A stretch of 64,000 bases of DNA, taken from the NCBI GenBank assembly GCA_963772455.1, contig CAVYXJ010000009.1, positions 149,714 through 213,713 of the forward strand. Reading direction: 5' to 3'. Made by a program: the position numbers and the translations under genes. This DNA is from Candidatus Bathyarchaeota archaeon (lineage in GTDB: Archaea; Thermoproteota; Bathyarchaeia; Bathyarchaeales; Bathycorpusculaceae). Numbering within the stretch: the stretch's first letter is position 1; every line of letters starts with the position of its first letter. The notes below the pieces were generated by a model, which searched no databases, was not told the origin of the DNA, and was given only the letters and a program-made list of their open reading frames with translations. This document shows, one piece after another, positions 1 through 8,545 of the stretch.

Positions 1-872
1 TTTGCTTAAAAGCTTCTGCTACTGAGTTAGCGTTCTCTTCATACACTATGGCGTGGACTGCTTCGCCAATCATGTTTTGGGCTGCACCTACAGCTCCAGC
101 CTTCTTAGCTGAAGCAACTAGTTGGCGGGTATTTTCGGTTGAGAATCCGGCTTTTAGAGAGAAATCCCAGCAGCATTCGAGAAAATTCTCGAGGCTTGGT
201 TCTAAAAGGATAGCTTCTAAAGTTTTTTGACCGAAACGGTTTATCTCTTGTTTTTTTTCTGGTACTGAAAGGATGTTTTTCTTTAGAATATTTGATTTGA
301 AAAAGCCAACTACAACTTTGTAATCAGATCTTAATGGTATGCGGTCGATCTGACAAATGCCAGGTGCTCCTGGTTTAACAACGAGTACGCAGCCGCCGCT
401 AAATGTCAATGAACTAACTGTTCCTAAACCAGTTTGACATTTTATTTCGGAGACGTGGGCTATTTTACCAATCTGATTATAGGTTAATGGTAAATCTAAT
501 GCATCTTTGAGTGCCAAGCCGGCTGTTAATGCTCCTCCTGCACTTGTGCCAAACCCTGTTCCAATAGGCACTTCAATTTGGTGTTCAATGTTAATTTTGT
601 ATTTTGTGGTGGTTTTGCTTAGGAGAGATTCTAAAACTTGCTCTGTTGTTTTCGCTTCTTTAGCTAATTTGGAATTAATATAAACTTTAATGCTGTTTTT
701 CCGATGCTTCTTCCGCGGTTACTGTGGTTAATACTCCTTTTTCAAGCCCGAATCCTCCACCAATCGCCCCTATTTTCTCTAAATCAGCAATTGGTTTCCC
801 TTTTTCCGTGTCGTGGATTTGGAAAAAGCTGGAGATTGCTGCTGGCGCGAAAGCTTTAGCTGTTTTAGTCAC
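1..872 (-). CDS. Pantoate kinase (GHMP kinase family); frameshift near 690; runs off the left edge
   Basis: The N-terminus AFAPAAISSFF..GAIGGGFGL continues in another frame with PIGTGFGTSAG (GHMP motif), AHVSEIKCQTGLGTV and AAQNMIGEAV, typical of archaeal PoK. Confidence 0.85.
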
Positions 873-1591
873 TATTCTTCACTTTTCTGGTTTTTCGCGG
901 CTAATGTAGGGAAAGCTCGATAGATTGAGGCAATTATTGGCGGTCCTAGGACAAGAACAAACGGAATTTCGGTGAAGAAAGTGAAAAAGAAGGTTGATAA
1001 AGCAATAGGTATAGTGACAGGTGCACCTTGCAAGAAATAATTTAGAAAAGGAGGTACTGTCGCTGCAATTATTGCGGAACCAATTAACATGCCTGCTATT
1101 GATCCGACTTCGAAACTGCGCCAACGTGAGTTTCTTAAAATAACTACTGGAACAAGAAATATTATGTATGATGCAGCAACTACGCCAATAAATGCAATTT
1201 TGGTCCAATAATCTATGTTAGTATAAGCGTACCCAATATATATGAAAACTGCAGTGGCTAAACCGTAAGTTAAAACGGGGGTTTTCCAGCTTATTTTTTT
1301 CTTTGCTATGTATCCTATTAAGAAGAATGCTACAAAGTTGCTAGTTACTCCTGCAATTAATGAAAGCAATAAGTTGTTTCCAAAAATGGCGTCGCTTATG
1401 AATATACCCACTGCAGCGCCGATTCCTCCAACGAGTGGACCAAACACCACGGCGAAGATGGCAGGAACGATAACTGGTGGCCAAAATCGGACTCCGCCAA
1501 ATGAAATAGGTAGTATTGTATAAAAAATGTAACCGACAGCCACATACAATGCAATGTTTAAAGCTAGACCGGCAACGTCAATAGTTTTCAA
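872..1591 (-). CDS. ECF transporter substrate-specific (S) component
   Basis: Multi-TM protein with an FGPLVGGIGAAVGIFISD signature; its stop overlaps the pantoate kinase start. Confidence 0.7.
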   Translation of the reverse strand: MKTIDVAGLALNIALYVAVGYIFYTILPISFGGVRFWPPVIVPAIFAVVFGPLVGGIGAAVGIFISDAIFGNNLLLSLIAGVTSNFVAFFLIGYIAKKKISWKTPVLTYGLATAVFIYIGYAYTNIDYWTKIAFIGVVAASYIIFLVPVVILRNSRWRSFEVGSIAGMLIGSAIIAATVPPFLNYFLQGAPVTIPIALSTFFFTFFTEIPFVLVLGPPIIASIYRAFPTLAAKNQKSEE

Positions 1592-1748
1592 GTTTTTATC
1601 CCTACGTTAAGTTTATCACTGAAAACTTCGGAGACAATTAAGCCTTCCGTATATAACGTTTAAACATGATTAAACAATAAAATCGGAAGATCTTGCTTAA
1701 ACAAATGTTAATAATTGAATTATTTGGAAATAGAAGAAAGTGTTTTGG

Positions 1749-2096
1749 CTATTTCTTGTGCCTTTTGATTCTCTCTTGCCGCTGTGTCTTCTTGCGCCAA
1801 TCTTTCTTTCGCTGAGTCTGCATTGAGAACCTTTCTTGACGGGGGACATCGAGTTTTCTAAAAGGTCCCAAATTCCGATAAAACGTTTCAAGATCAATTT
1901 TATTTTCTTTTAGGTCTTGAATGTTCTGGTTTAACTCTGTTTTAGCTTGAGCTTCGGTTGCCTTGTCGAAAGCTTCTTCATAAACAAGGTAAGCAGCGTG
2001 AAACGGGAAATTCATTGAGTCATTGTCGATTAAAAGTTTCTCAATTTGAGGGATTATTTCATTGTTGTTGTTTTGCTCGTTTGGTTGTTGAGTCAT
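1749..2096 (-). CDS. Hypothetical protein with a basic C-terminus
   Basis: ORF with protein-like composition; ATG at 2096 is the likely start. Confidence 0.6.
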   Translation of the reverse strand: MTQQPNEQNNNNEIIPQIEKLLIDNDSMNFPFHAAYLVYEEAFDKATEAQAKTELNQNIQDLKENKIDLETFYRNLGPFRKLDVPRQERFSMQTQRKKDWRKKTQRQERIKRHKK

Positions 2097-2293
2097 GTTT
2101 ATCCGTCTTTTGAATGAGCAATGATTGTTTTTCACACTTTTAAGGATGTGCCTATTTTGATAAAAGAAATCTTGCTTGTTCTAACGCTCGAGCAGAATTT
2201 TGCACCTAATAAATGCTTTCGAACTATGTTGAACGGAAAAGAAATCAATCATAAACGAAAAATAAAGATGGACAAAAATTGTCATTTTATTTC

Positions 2294-2738
2294 TCAGTTT
2301 GTTCGCTGAAGAAAATTCCTAATTTTTTTTGCATCCATCTCCAGCAACTCTTCGACCCTAGGCTGAGTTGGATCCCGATAAGCCTTGCCATGACTAAAAC
2401 CTTCATGGGGCATCATAGGAATAATATGCACATGCAAATGGAAAATTACCTGTCCAGCCGCCCAACCATTATTCTGCACAACTCGTATGCCTTCAGCGCC
2501 CATTGCATCCCTAACCGCATGCGCAACCCGCTTAACAACTCTGGAAAAGAAAAGCCACCTCATCCTCTGAAATCTCATAAATATTCTCATAATGTTTTTT
2601 GGGCAACACAAGCGTGTGACCCTCGTTTACGGGGCGGTTACTCAAAAACGCAATGACTTGCTCATCCTCGTAGACTACGCTTGCAGGTAATTGTTTGCGA
2701 ATTATCTGGCAGAATACACATTCAGACATAGAGTCCAT
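2294..2738 (-). CDS. HIT family nucleotide hydrolase (frameshift near 2545)
   Basis: CVFC and GHTLV lie in one ORF; AGQVIFHLHVHIIP (histidine triad) lies in the adjacent frame. Confidence 0.9.
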
Positions 2739-2801
2739 ACCTTTCAGCCGTTTATTTGGTGGGATATATCTTTAAATGAATTTCTAATTTAATAATACTT
2801 T

Positions 2802-3824
2802 ATGGACACTTTAGTTGATGATATTGGCAGTTTTCCTTTGCCCCAAGGAATTGGAAGAGAAGTCTATAACAAGGCGTATGAACTTGCAAGAGATGCAATA
2901 ATTAAAGGTAAAAACCCTGCTGAAGACGAATTTGTTCAAAATAATTTTTGTTCGGTAGTTGTTGATTCTTTTAAGAAAAAAATTATTTCCGGTTTAGATG
3001 TAATTAATTTTCCTCAACATTACAGTGGAATCAAACAAGTTGGTGATGCCGTTCATGCAGCTATGGAGAAGGGTTCATTTGTCGTCGACCAAGATAGAGC
3101 ATTTCTCCCAGAAATATTCGTTCTCAACCAAGAAGCAAAAAAATTAAGTGAAGAGTTTGGTAAGAAAATCCTTTTGAGAGTTTCAATTTTTGGTCCAATC
3201 GAGCAGTATTTGTCTGAGGTTGGGACAACGGCTTTTCCCGACGTGTTAGATGGATTTGCCCAAACGATAAATCGCTTTGCAAAAAACTCCATATTAAACA
3301 ATAAGTATATCGAAACTAAGGCGATATCAATTGATGAACCAAGTCTTGGCCACATGAATCTCTCGGCAACGCCGGAGTTGGTTCGTGAAACACTGCAAAA
3401 AGCTTTTGATTTTCAAGGACCTGTAAAACAGATTCATCTGCATTTCTCGTCTGGAATACATGATTTACTTGCCGTTCAAGGTCTAGATGTTTTGTCTTTT
3501 GAATACGCTGCGTCTCCAAAAAATATTGAATCAGTCCCAAAAAGCATGCTTGACAGTGCGGATAAGCAGATAAGGGTTGGAGTTTCCCGAACCGACATTG
3601 ACAGTATCTTTGCTGAACTCTACGAGAAAGGCATCACTAAACCATCCAACGAACAATTAGTTGACTCAGTGGAGATAATAGCAAAAAGGTTCCGTGCTGC
3701 CAAGGAAAAATATGGAGAGCGGATGACGTTTACGGGTCCTGATTGTGGACTTGGTGGCTGGCCAAATCAAGATGCAGCCGCGTTACTGTTGAAGCGTACA
3801 GTTGAGGCAGTAAAAACCGCTTAA
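2802..3824 (+). CDS. Core (single-barrel) MetE-type methionine synthase, MesC-like
   Basis: Motifs DDIGSFPLP, IDEPS, QIHLH, SFE and GPDCGL; no N-terminal folate-binding barrel. Confidence 0.7.
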   Translation: MDTLVDDIGSFPLPQGIGREVYNKAYELARDAIIKGKNPAEDEFVQNNFCSVVVDSFKKKIISGLDVINFPQHYSGIKQVGDAVHAAMEKGSFVVDQDRAFLPEIFVLNQEAKKLSEEFGKKILLRVSIFGPIEQYLSEVGTTAFPDVLDGFAQTINRFAKNSILNNKYIETKAISIDEPSLGHMNLSATPELVRETLQKAFDFQGPVKQIHLHFSSGIHDLLAVQGLDVLSFEYAASPKNIESVPKSMLDSADKQIRVGVSRTDIDSIFAELYEKGITKPSNEQLVDSVEIIAKRFRAAKEKYGERMTFTGPDCGLGGWPNQDAAALLLKRTVEAVKTA

Positions 3825-3829
3825 TTCAA

Positions 3830-4693
3830 TTATTCCTGCGGTTCCTCTGGCAGAGGTGGCTGAGATACAGGCATTGTTTTCTTGGCTGGTTTCTCGCCTG
3901 GTTGACCTTTGGGTAATTCTTTGAAACCGAACGTTCCTACGGGTGGCCAACCAGCTTCAGGCATTGAGGAGGGAATTAGCATTATAGTGTTTGTACCAGC
4001 CTGTTGACCGAGTTCATAAATGATGTTCATCCATCTTAACCGTAAGCCTTGCTCGCTTGACTCATACATTTTTGCTGCTTCAATCATTTTTGCAGATGCT
4101 TCGAACTCTGCGGTAGCTAAGGTTACTCGCGCAATCCGTTCCCGTTCAGCCTGTGCTTGGCGGCTCATTGCGTCTTGAAGGTTGGCAGGGATAATGACAT
4201 CTCGGACTTCAACGGAAGTGACTTTGATGCCCCATGACTCAGTTTTCTCGTCTATAATTTCTCTCAGTCGAGCTCCGACTTTTTCGCGTTCAGCAAGCAA
4301 TTCGTTTAGACTGACTTTGCCGATGACTTCTCTGAGGGTTGTTTGCGAAGCTAATTGGGTTGCTTGATAATAGTTTTCAACTGCCAATACCGCTTTCTCC
4401 AAATCCACAGGTTTCATGTACAAAACTGAATCGACGTTCACGGGGACATTGTCTCTTGTTAATGTAGATTCTGTTCGGAATTGTATGGTGTCTAGTCTTG
4501 TTGAAATTTTTATAGGTGCTCTGTCGATTAACGGGACAAGGTAAATTAGTCCTGGACCTCTCATGCCCACGTAACGTCCTAGCCTTAAAACGGGCATGCG
4601 TTCCCATTCCCTTAGGACACGGATGCCGCTTAATAGGAAAAGTGCAACTACAATAGCTATAAAACCTATAACTGGAACTAAAATATCAACCAA
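3830..4693 (-). CDS. SPFH/band-7 (stomatin/slipin) protein
   Basis: N-terminal TM; LTRDNVPVNVD, QTTLREVIG, WGIKVTSVEVRD and QAQAERER motifs. Confidence 0.95.
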   Translation of the reverse strand: MVDILVPVIGFIAIVVALFLLSGIRVLREWERMPVLRLGRYVGMRGPGLIYLVPLIDRAPIKISTRLDTIQFRTESTLTRDNVPVNVDSVLYMKPVDLEKAVLAVENYYQATQLASQTTLREVIGKVSLNELLAEREKVGARLREIIDEKTESWGIKVTSVEVRDVIIPANLQDAMSRQAQAERERIARVTLATAEFEASAKMIEAAKMYESSEQGLRLRWMNIIYELGQQAGTNTIMLIPSSMPEAGWPPVGTFGFKELPKGQPGEKPAKKTMPVSQPPLPEEPQE

Positions 4694-4733
4694 TCTTCAT
4701 CCCTCAACTATTGGTATTCTAAGCTTTATGGAA

Positions 4734-5129
4734 TTAAGCTTTTTGCTCGGTTGGTTTTACCACAAGAAACATGCCATCCATACCTATGACTTCAATGGTT
4801 TGACCATTTACTATTTCACCGTCTTTGGCTGTGGCTTCCCAGAATTCACCCATAACTCTGACTTCGCCCTTTGGCTTAAGGTCAGTAGTTGCTGTTCCAA
4901 TAGCACCAATCAAAGCTTCTTTTCCAGTCTTAACACGCGTAAACTGAGCTTTAACACCTACATAGAATATGACTGCTAAAATCAAAGCTACAATAATCAT
5001 TGTAACTCCAAGAGTTAATTCAACCGAAATGGCTAATCCATAATAGGTTGTTCCAGAAATTACTGCGAAAAACAGGAACGCTGCAATAGTTACTAAAACA
5101 CCTATCACGAAAGCTAAACTTGCCTGCAT
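4734..5129 (-). CDS. Short NfeD family protein (TM helices plus OB fold, no protease domain)
   Basis: TGKEALIG..G.V.V.GEFWEA motif; directly upstream of the stomatin gene. Confidence 0.9.
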   Translation of the reverse strand: MQASLAFVIGVLVTIAAFLFFAVISGTTYYGLAISVELTLGVTMIIVALILAVIFYVGVKAQFTRVKTGKEALIGAIGTATTDLKPKGEVRVMGEFWEATAKDGEIVNGQTIEVIGMDGMFLVVKPTEQKA

Positions 5130-5212
5130 TCCTATTCCTGAATTATTGATAGGTTGATTTCGCTTATAAGGTATTTCTGAAATATAAAAAAAGAAAAAAG
5201 AATATTTTTGGT

Positions 5213-5362
5213 TTAGTTCCAGTGTTCATTTATGAATAATCGGAGCGATGGATCTTCTCGTGGAACGATTCTTAGTTGAGGCGTTGGGGATGGTCGTCTG
5301 CGTAGCGGCGGTGGCTGCATGGGTGATGGCGGTTCAAGTTCTAAGGGAATTTTGTTTATCAG
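5213..5362 (-). CDS. Putative 49-aa proline-rich microprotein
   Basis: CTG start overlaps the HtrA stop (CTGA); translation MINKIPLELEPPSPMQPPPLRRRPSPTPQLRIVPREDPSLRLFINEHWN. Confidence 0.4.
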   Translation of the reverse strand: MINKIPLELEPPSPMQPPPLRRRPSPTPQLRIVPREDPSLRLFINEHWN

Positions 5363-6303
5363 TCTTCTTCGCCTCCGTGAACAGTTGGGATGATTGTGAT
5401 TTCGATTAGACTCTCTTTGCGAATGATTGTTAATGTCGTTTCTTTATTGATAACGTCTTGTGCGAGCAGTCTTGGGAGGTCGTAGAATTCAGTAACGGGT
5501 TTGCCATTGAATTTAATTAACACGTCGCCCATCGCTAATCCTGCTTTGCGTGCTGGAGATCCTGGTTCAACTGAGAATATCATAACGCCTGTTTCTTGAT
5601 CTAAGCTTGCTGCCTCGGCGATTTCCTCTGGGATAGCGACGGTGTTGGCGATTATGCCTAGATAGCCTTTCTGGGCAATTTTTCCAGTCATTAAGCGGTC
5701 AGTGATGGCTTTAACCTTGTTTATGGGGATAGCTATGCCTCTTTGCCAAACGTAAGCTGCGTTTATGCCGATTAATCTGCCTTCTACATCTATGAGTGGT
5801 CCGCCGCTGAAACCTGGGTTTAACTGGGCGTCTGTTGCAATTATATTTTCCATGGCTGTTCCTCTCCAGCCGCGGATGGTGCTGTTAACGCTTGTTACCA
5901 TGCCTGAAGTGGCGGTTGACTGGTGACGGTTGAATGGATTAGCGAGAGCTAAAACGTATTGTCCTACGTTTAGTTTTTCGGAATCACCCATTTCGATAGG
6001 TGTAAATTCTCCTTTCTCAGCTTTAAGCAATGCTAAATCATTATATGGGTCTGTGCCTACAATTTTTGCTTGAACGTTTTTTTCGCCTATTCCGATTTTG
6101 ACTGTGTTGCATCCTGAAAGTACATGGTTACATGTCACTATGTAACCGTCTTTAGATAAAACTACACCTGTGCCATGTGACATTTGTGATTTTACGCTGA
6201 CGACGGATTCTGAAGTTTTTTTGATTAAGGTGCTTGTTGCTTCTGAGATCGATTTTAAGATTTCTAATGGGTTAGTTAGTTGACTCATTTGGTTTTTCTC
6301 CAA
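5359..6303 (-). CDS. HtrA/DegP-like S1C serine protease with one PDZ domain, no signal peptide
   Basis: Catalytic triad motifs TCNHV, DLALL and NPGFSGGPL; C-terminal PDZ (GYLGI, SPARKAGL..GD). Confidence 0.92.
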   Translation of the reverse strand: MEKNQMSQLTNPLEILKSISEATSTLIKKTSESVVSVKSQMSHGTGVVLSKDGYIVTCNHVLSGCNTVKIGIGEKNVQAKIVGTDPYNDLALLKAEKGEFTPIEMGDSEKLNVGQYVLALANPFNRHQSTATSGMVTSVNSTIRGWRGTAMENIIATDAQLNPGFSGGPLIDVEGRLIGINAAYVWQRGIAIPINKVKAITDRLMTGKIAQKGYLGIIANTVAIPEEIAEAASLDQETGVMIFSVEPGSPARKAGLAMGDVLIKFNGKPVTEFYDLPRLLAQDVINKETTLTIIRKESLIEITIIPTVHGGEED

Positions 6304-6363
6304 AAGAGTATAGATGCAAAAAGGTATTTGTTGACTAAGGAATGCGTGTAGTCAGTCACAAAA

Positions 6364-6996
6364 TTAAGCTGGCATCGTGGAGCTGCTGAAGTAACCAACG
6401 TTTCGGGTCATGACATGTCGTGCAGACTGCGAGGTTATGCAGAGTTTGCCGATGTGTGACATTAATTGGTAGGAAGCTTTTAACGCCAAGTTTACGTTGT
6501 TGTTTGTTAAGAATTTAGCTTCTATATTTAGAGCAGTACCCTGGATATTTGCTGCTATTTGGATTGCACCATCTTCGGTTATCCATTTGAGAGTAACTCC
6601 TTGATTGTTTTCAGATATGCCAAACCAACGTAGCAAACCGAACCATTTGCCTTTAAGCGACAAAATCAGTTGCTGCGTCATCAGGTCTGAAGGAAGGAAC
6701 GTTTGTATGAGCGGTGTTGTGGGGGTTTCTTTTTTTGGTTGACTAAGTTTTAACTCGGTTATTTTCGGAGTTACTTTGTAACCTTCATGCACCTTTTTTA
6801 TTATGCCTTCTTCTTCCAGACGGGTAAGTATTCGTGATAGCGTTTCAGGATGTAGTCCTGTTCTTCGTTTTATTCCATCAAATGTGAAAGTGGCTAAGTC
6901 TTCGGTTTCGATAAGTGCCAATACGTCAGCATCGCGTTCGCTCAAGCTGAAGTCGGCTTGTGGGTTTTGCCAATTAACATTCAGAACAGGTATCAT
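6364..6996 (-). CDS. Winged-helix DNA-binding protein
   Basis: FTFDGIKRRTGLHPETLSRILTRLEEEGII fits a wHTH pattern. Confidence 0.7.
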   Translation of the reverse strand: MIPVLNVNWQNPQADFSLSERDADVLALIETEDLATFTFDGIKRRTGLHPETLSRILTRLEEEGIIKKVHEGYKVTPKITELKLSQPKKETPTTPLIQTFLPSDLMTQQLILSLKGKWFGLLRWFGISENNQGVTLKWITEDGAIQIAANIQGTALNIEAKFLTNNNVNLALKASYQLMSHIGKLCITSQSARHVMTRNVGYFSSSTMPA

Positions 6997-7215
6997 TAAT
7001 TAGAGGATTGTTGAAATGTTGCTTTTGAAGGTTCCTAATTGTTTTGATAAAAAAACAAGAAATAAAGCTTATGAAGAATAACATCAATTGAAACAAATAA
7101 ACCTAATAATAATTAATAATTAACAAATATTTTCTACTTTTTTTTGTTTATTAATCAGATATCCTATTATTTTAACAATAGCCAAGTTTTTAACCTCAAA
7201 TGCTTTCCCTTTATT

Positions 7216-7740
7216 ATGGAAGAAATTGAAGTCAAAGTTCTAGAAGTTAATCGGTTAAAAGTTGAGAAGATTCTCGCCAATTTGGGCGCTAAAAAAGTCT
7301 TCGATGGTAAAATTGAAACGTTGTTCTTTGACTTCAAAAAAGGTACAATTATTAAGAAAAAAAACGTTCTTCGTCTAAGAAAAAAGCAAAATAAAATAGA
7401 ATTAACATATAAAAAAGTTCATTTTACCTCAAAGGCCAAAACTGCAGTAGAATACTCTGTGAGCGTTTCAAGTCTTGAGACAATGGAGAAAATTCTTATG
7501 AATTTAGGTTTATCTGTAATTGAAAGTATGCAAAAGCAAAGGGTCAGTTACAAACTTGATAATGTGCACTTTGACTTTGATCGTTACTCTGGGAACTATG
7601 GGTTTATTCCTGAGTTTTTGGAAATAGAAGCTGAAAACACTGATTTAGTGTACAAATATGCGGCCTTGTTAGGGTTTAAAGAGAAAGATTGCTTGCCATG
7701 GTCAACAACAGAGTTAATTGAGCATTATTCTTCAAAATAA
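7216..7740 (+). CDS. CYTH / triphosphate tunnel metalloenzyme (class IV adenylate cyclase-like)
   Basis: N-terminal EIEVK (ExExK) plus LRLR, LTYK, K.R and FLEIE motifs; ATG at 7216. Confidence 0.88.
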   Translation: MEEIEVKVLEVNRLKVEKILANLGAKKVFDGKIETLFFDFKKGTIIKKKNVLRLRKKQNKIELTYKKVHFTSKAKTAVEYSVSVSSLETMEKILMNLGLSVIESMQKQRVSYKLDNVHFDFDRYSGNYGFIPEFLEIEAENTDLVYKYAALLGFKEKDCLPWSTTELIEHYSSK

Positions 7741-7765
7741 CCGTTTTGGGATAGATGTTGGTCAT

Positions 7766-8215
7766 TTATTTGTGGGTGGGACCAAGTTTGACGACTTTTT
7801 GCGCCGCTTTCGGCTTTGTTTGAGGAATTGCAGAAACCTTCTTTGAAATGTTCCAAGCTGGACATACGCCATATTCTTTCTTAAATTTCTCCATGAGTTC
7901 TTTTTGTGTTATCTTTGGGTTTTCACTAACCATCCAACTTATAGACACTTTTTCAAGGTATCCTTCATTTATGAGCATTGAATTGATTTTTCGGGTTGTC
8001 TTACCACCATATCCTGCCAGATATCCACCGAACACTCTTTTTATTGGTTTTTTGGATTTGCCAATGTACAAAATGTCAGATTCTCCTTTTCCAGTTAGTG
8101 TGCAGTCAGCGAGAACAAAAACACTGCTTTTATCAAAAGGCAGAGAAGAAAATGTGAGTTTTTTTAATGGTACGAATTCGGCAAAGCCGTTCTCTTTAAG
8201 AGTTAAAGAATTCAT
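7766..8215 (-). CDS. GIY-YIG-like fold protein
   Basis: ILYIGKS..R and C-terminal PAWN motifs; the GIY element is degenerate. Confidence 0.5.
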   Translation of the reverse strand: MNSLTLKENGFAEFVPLKKLTFSSLPFDKSSVFVLADCTLTGKGESDILYIGKSKKPIKRVFGGYLAGYGGKTTRKINSMLINEGYLEKVSISWMVSENPKITQKELMEKFKKEYGVCPAWNISKKVSAIPQTKPKAAQKVVKLGPTHK

Positions 8216-8545
8216 GTGGGCTTATTTATATTGCGAGAGATTTAACTTTTCCTACATAGACTATTGTGAACTATATACACTATTTTCAGAGCCCTTAAAA
8301 GCTACTTCAGCAAATTGAAAGCAATAGGTGTAATTTGGAATGGATAAGAGACTTCCTCTTTTCGAGTACGAAACGTTTGCGGTTCGTAGACCAAAATGTG
8401 CGGTAAACAATTATTCCATAAAGAAACGCGAACGTTAAAGGCAAAGATTTTTTTAGATTGTTTTTATGATAATATTGCAAGCGTTATTGTGCTTATTCTT
8501 AAGGGGAAGAGGGCATTAACGATGGGATATTCCGGGTAGAAGACT

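Noticed and set aside
8335-8438. Possible leader peptide upstream of ppk1 (ATG 8340, 32 aa; or TTG 8335, 23 aa)
   Set aside because: TATA and GGTG are present, but two frames compete and neither has a recognisable motif, so it cannot be called.
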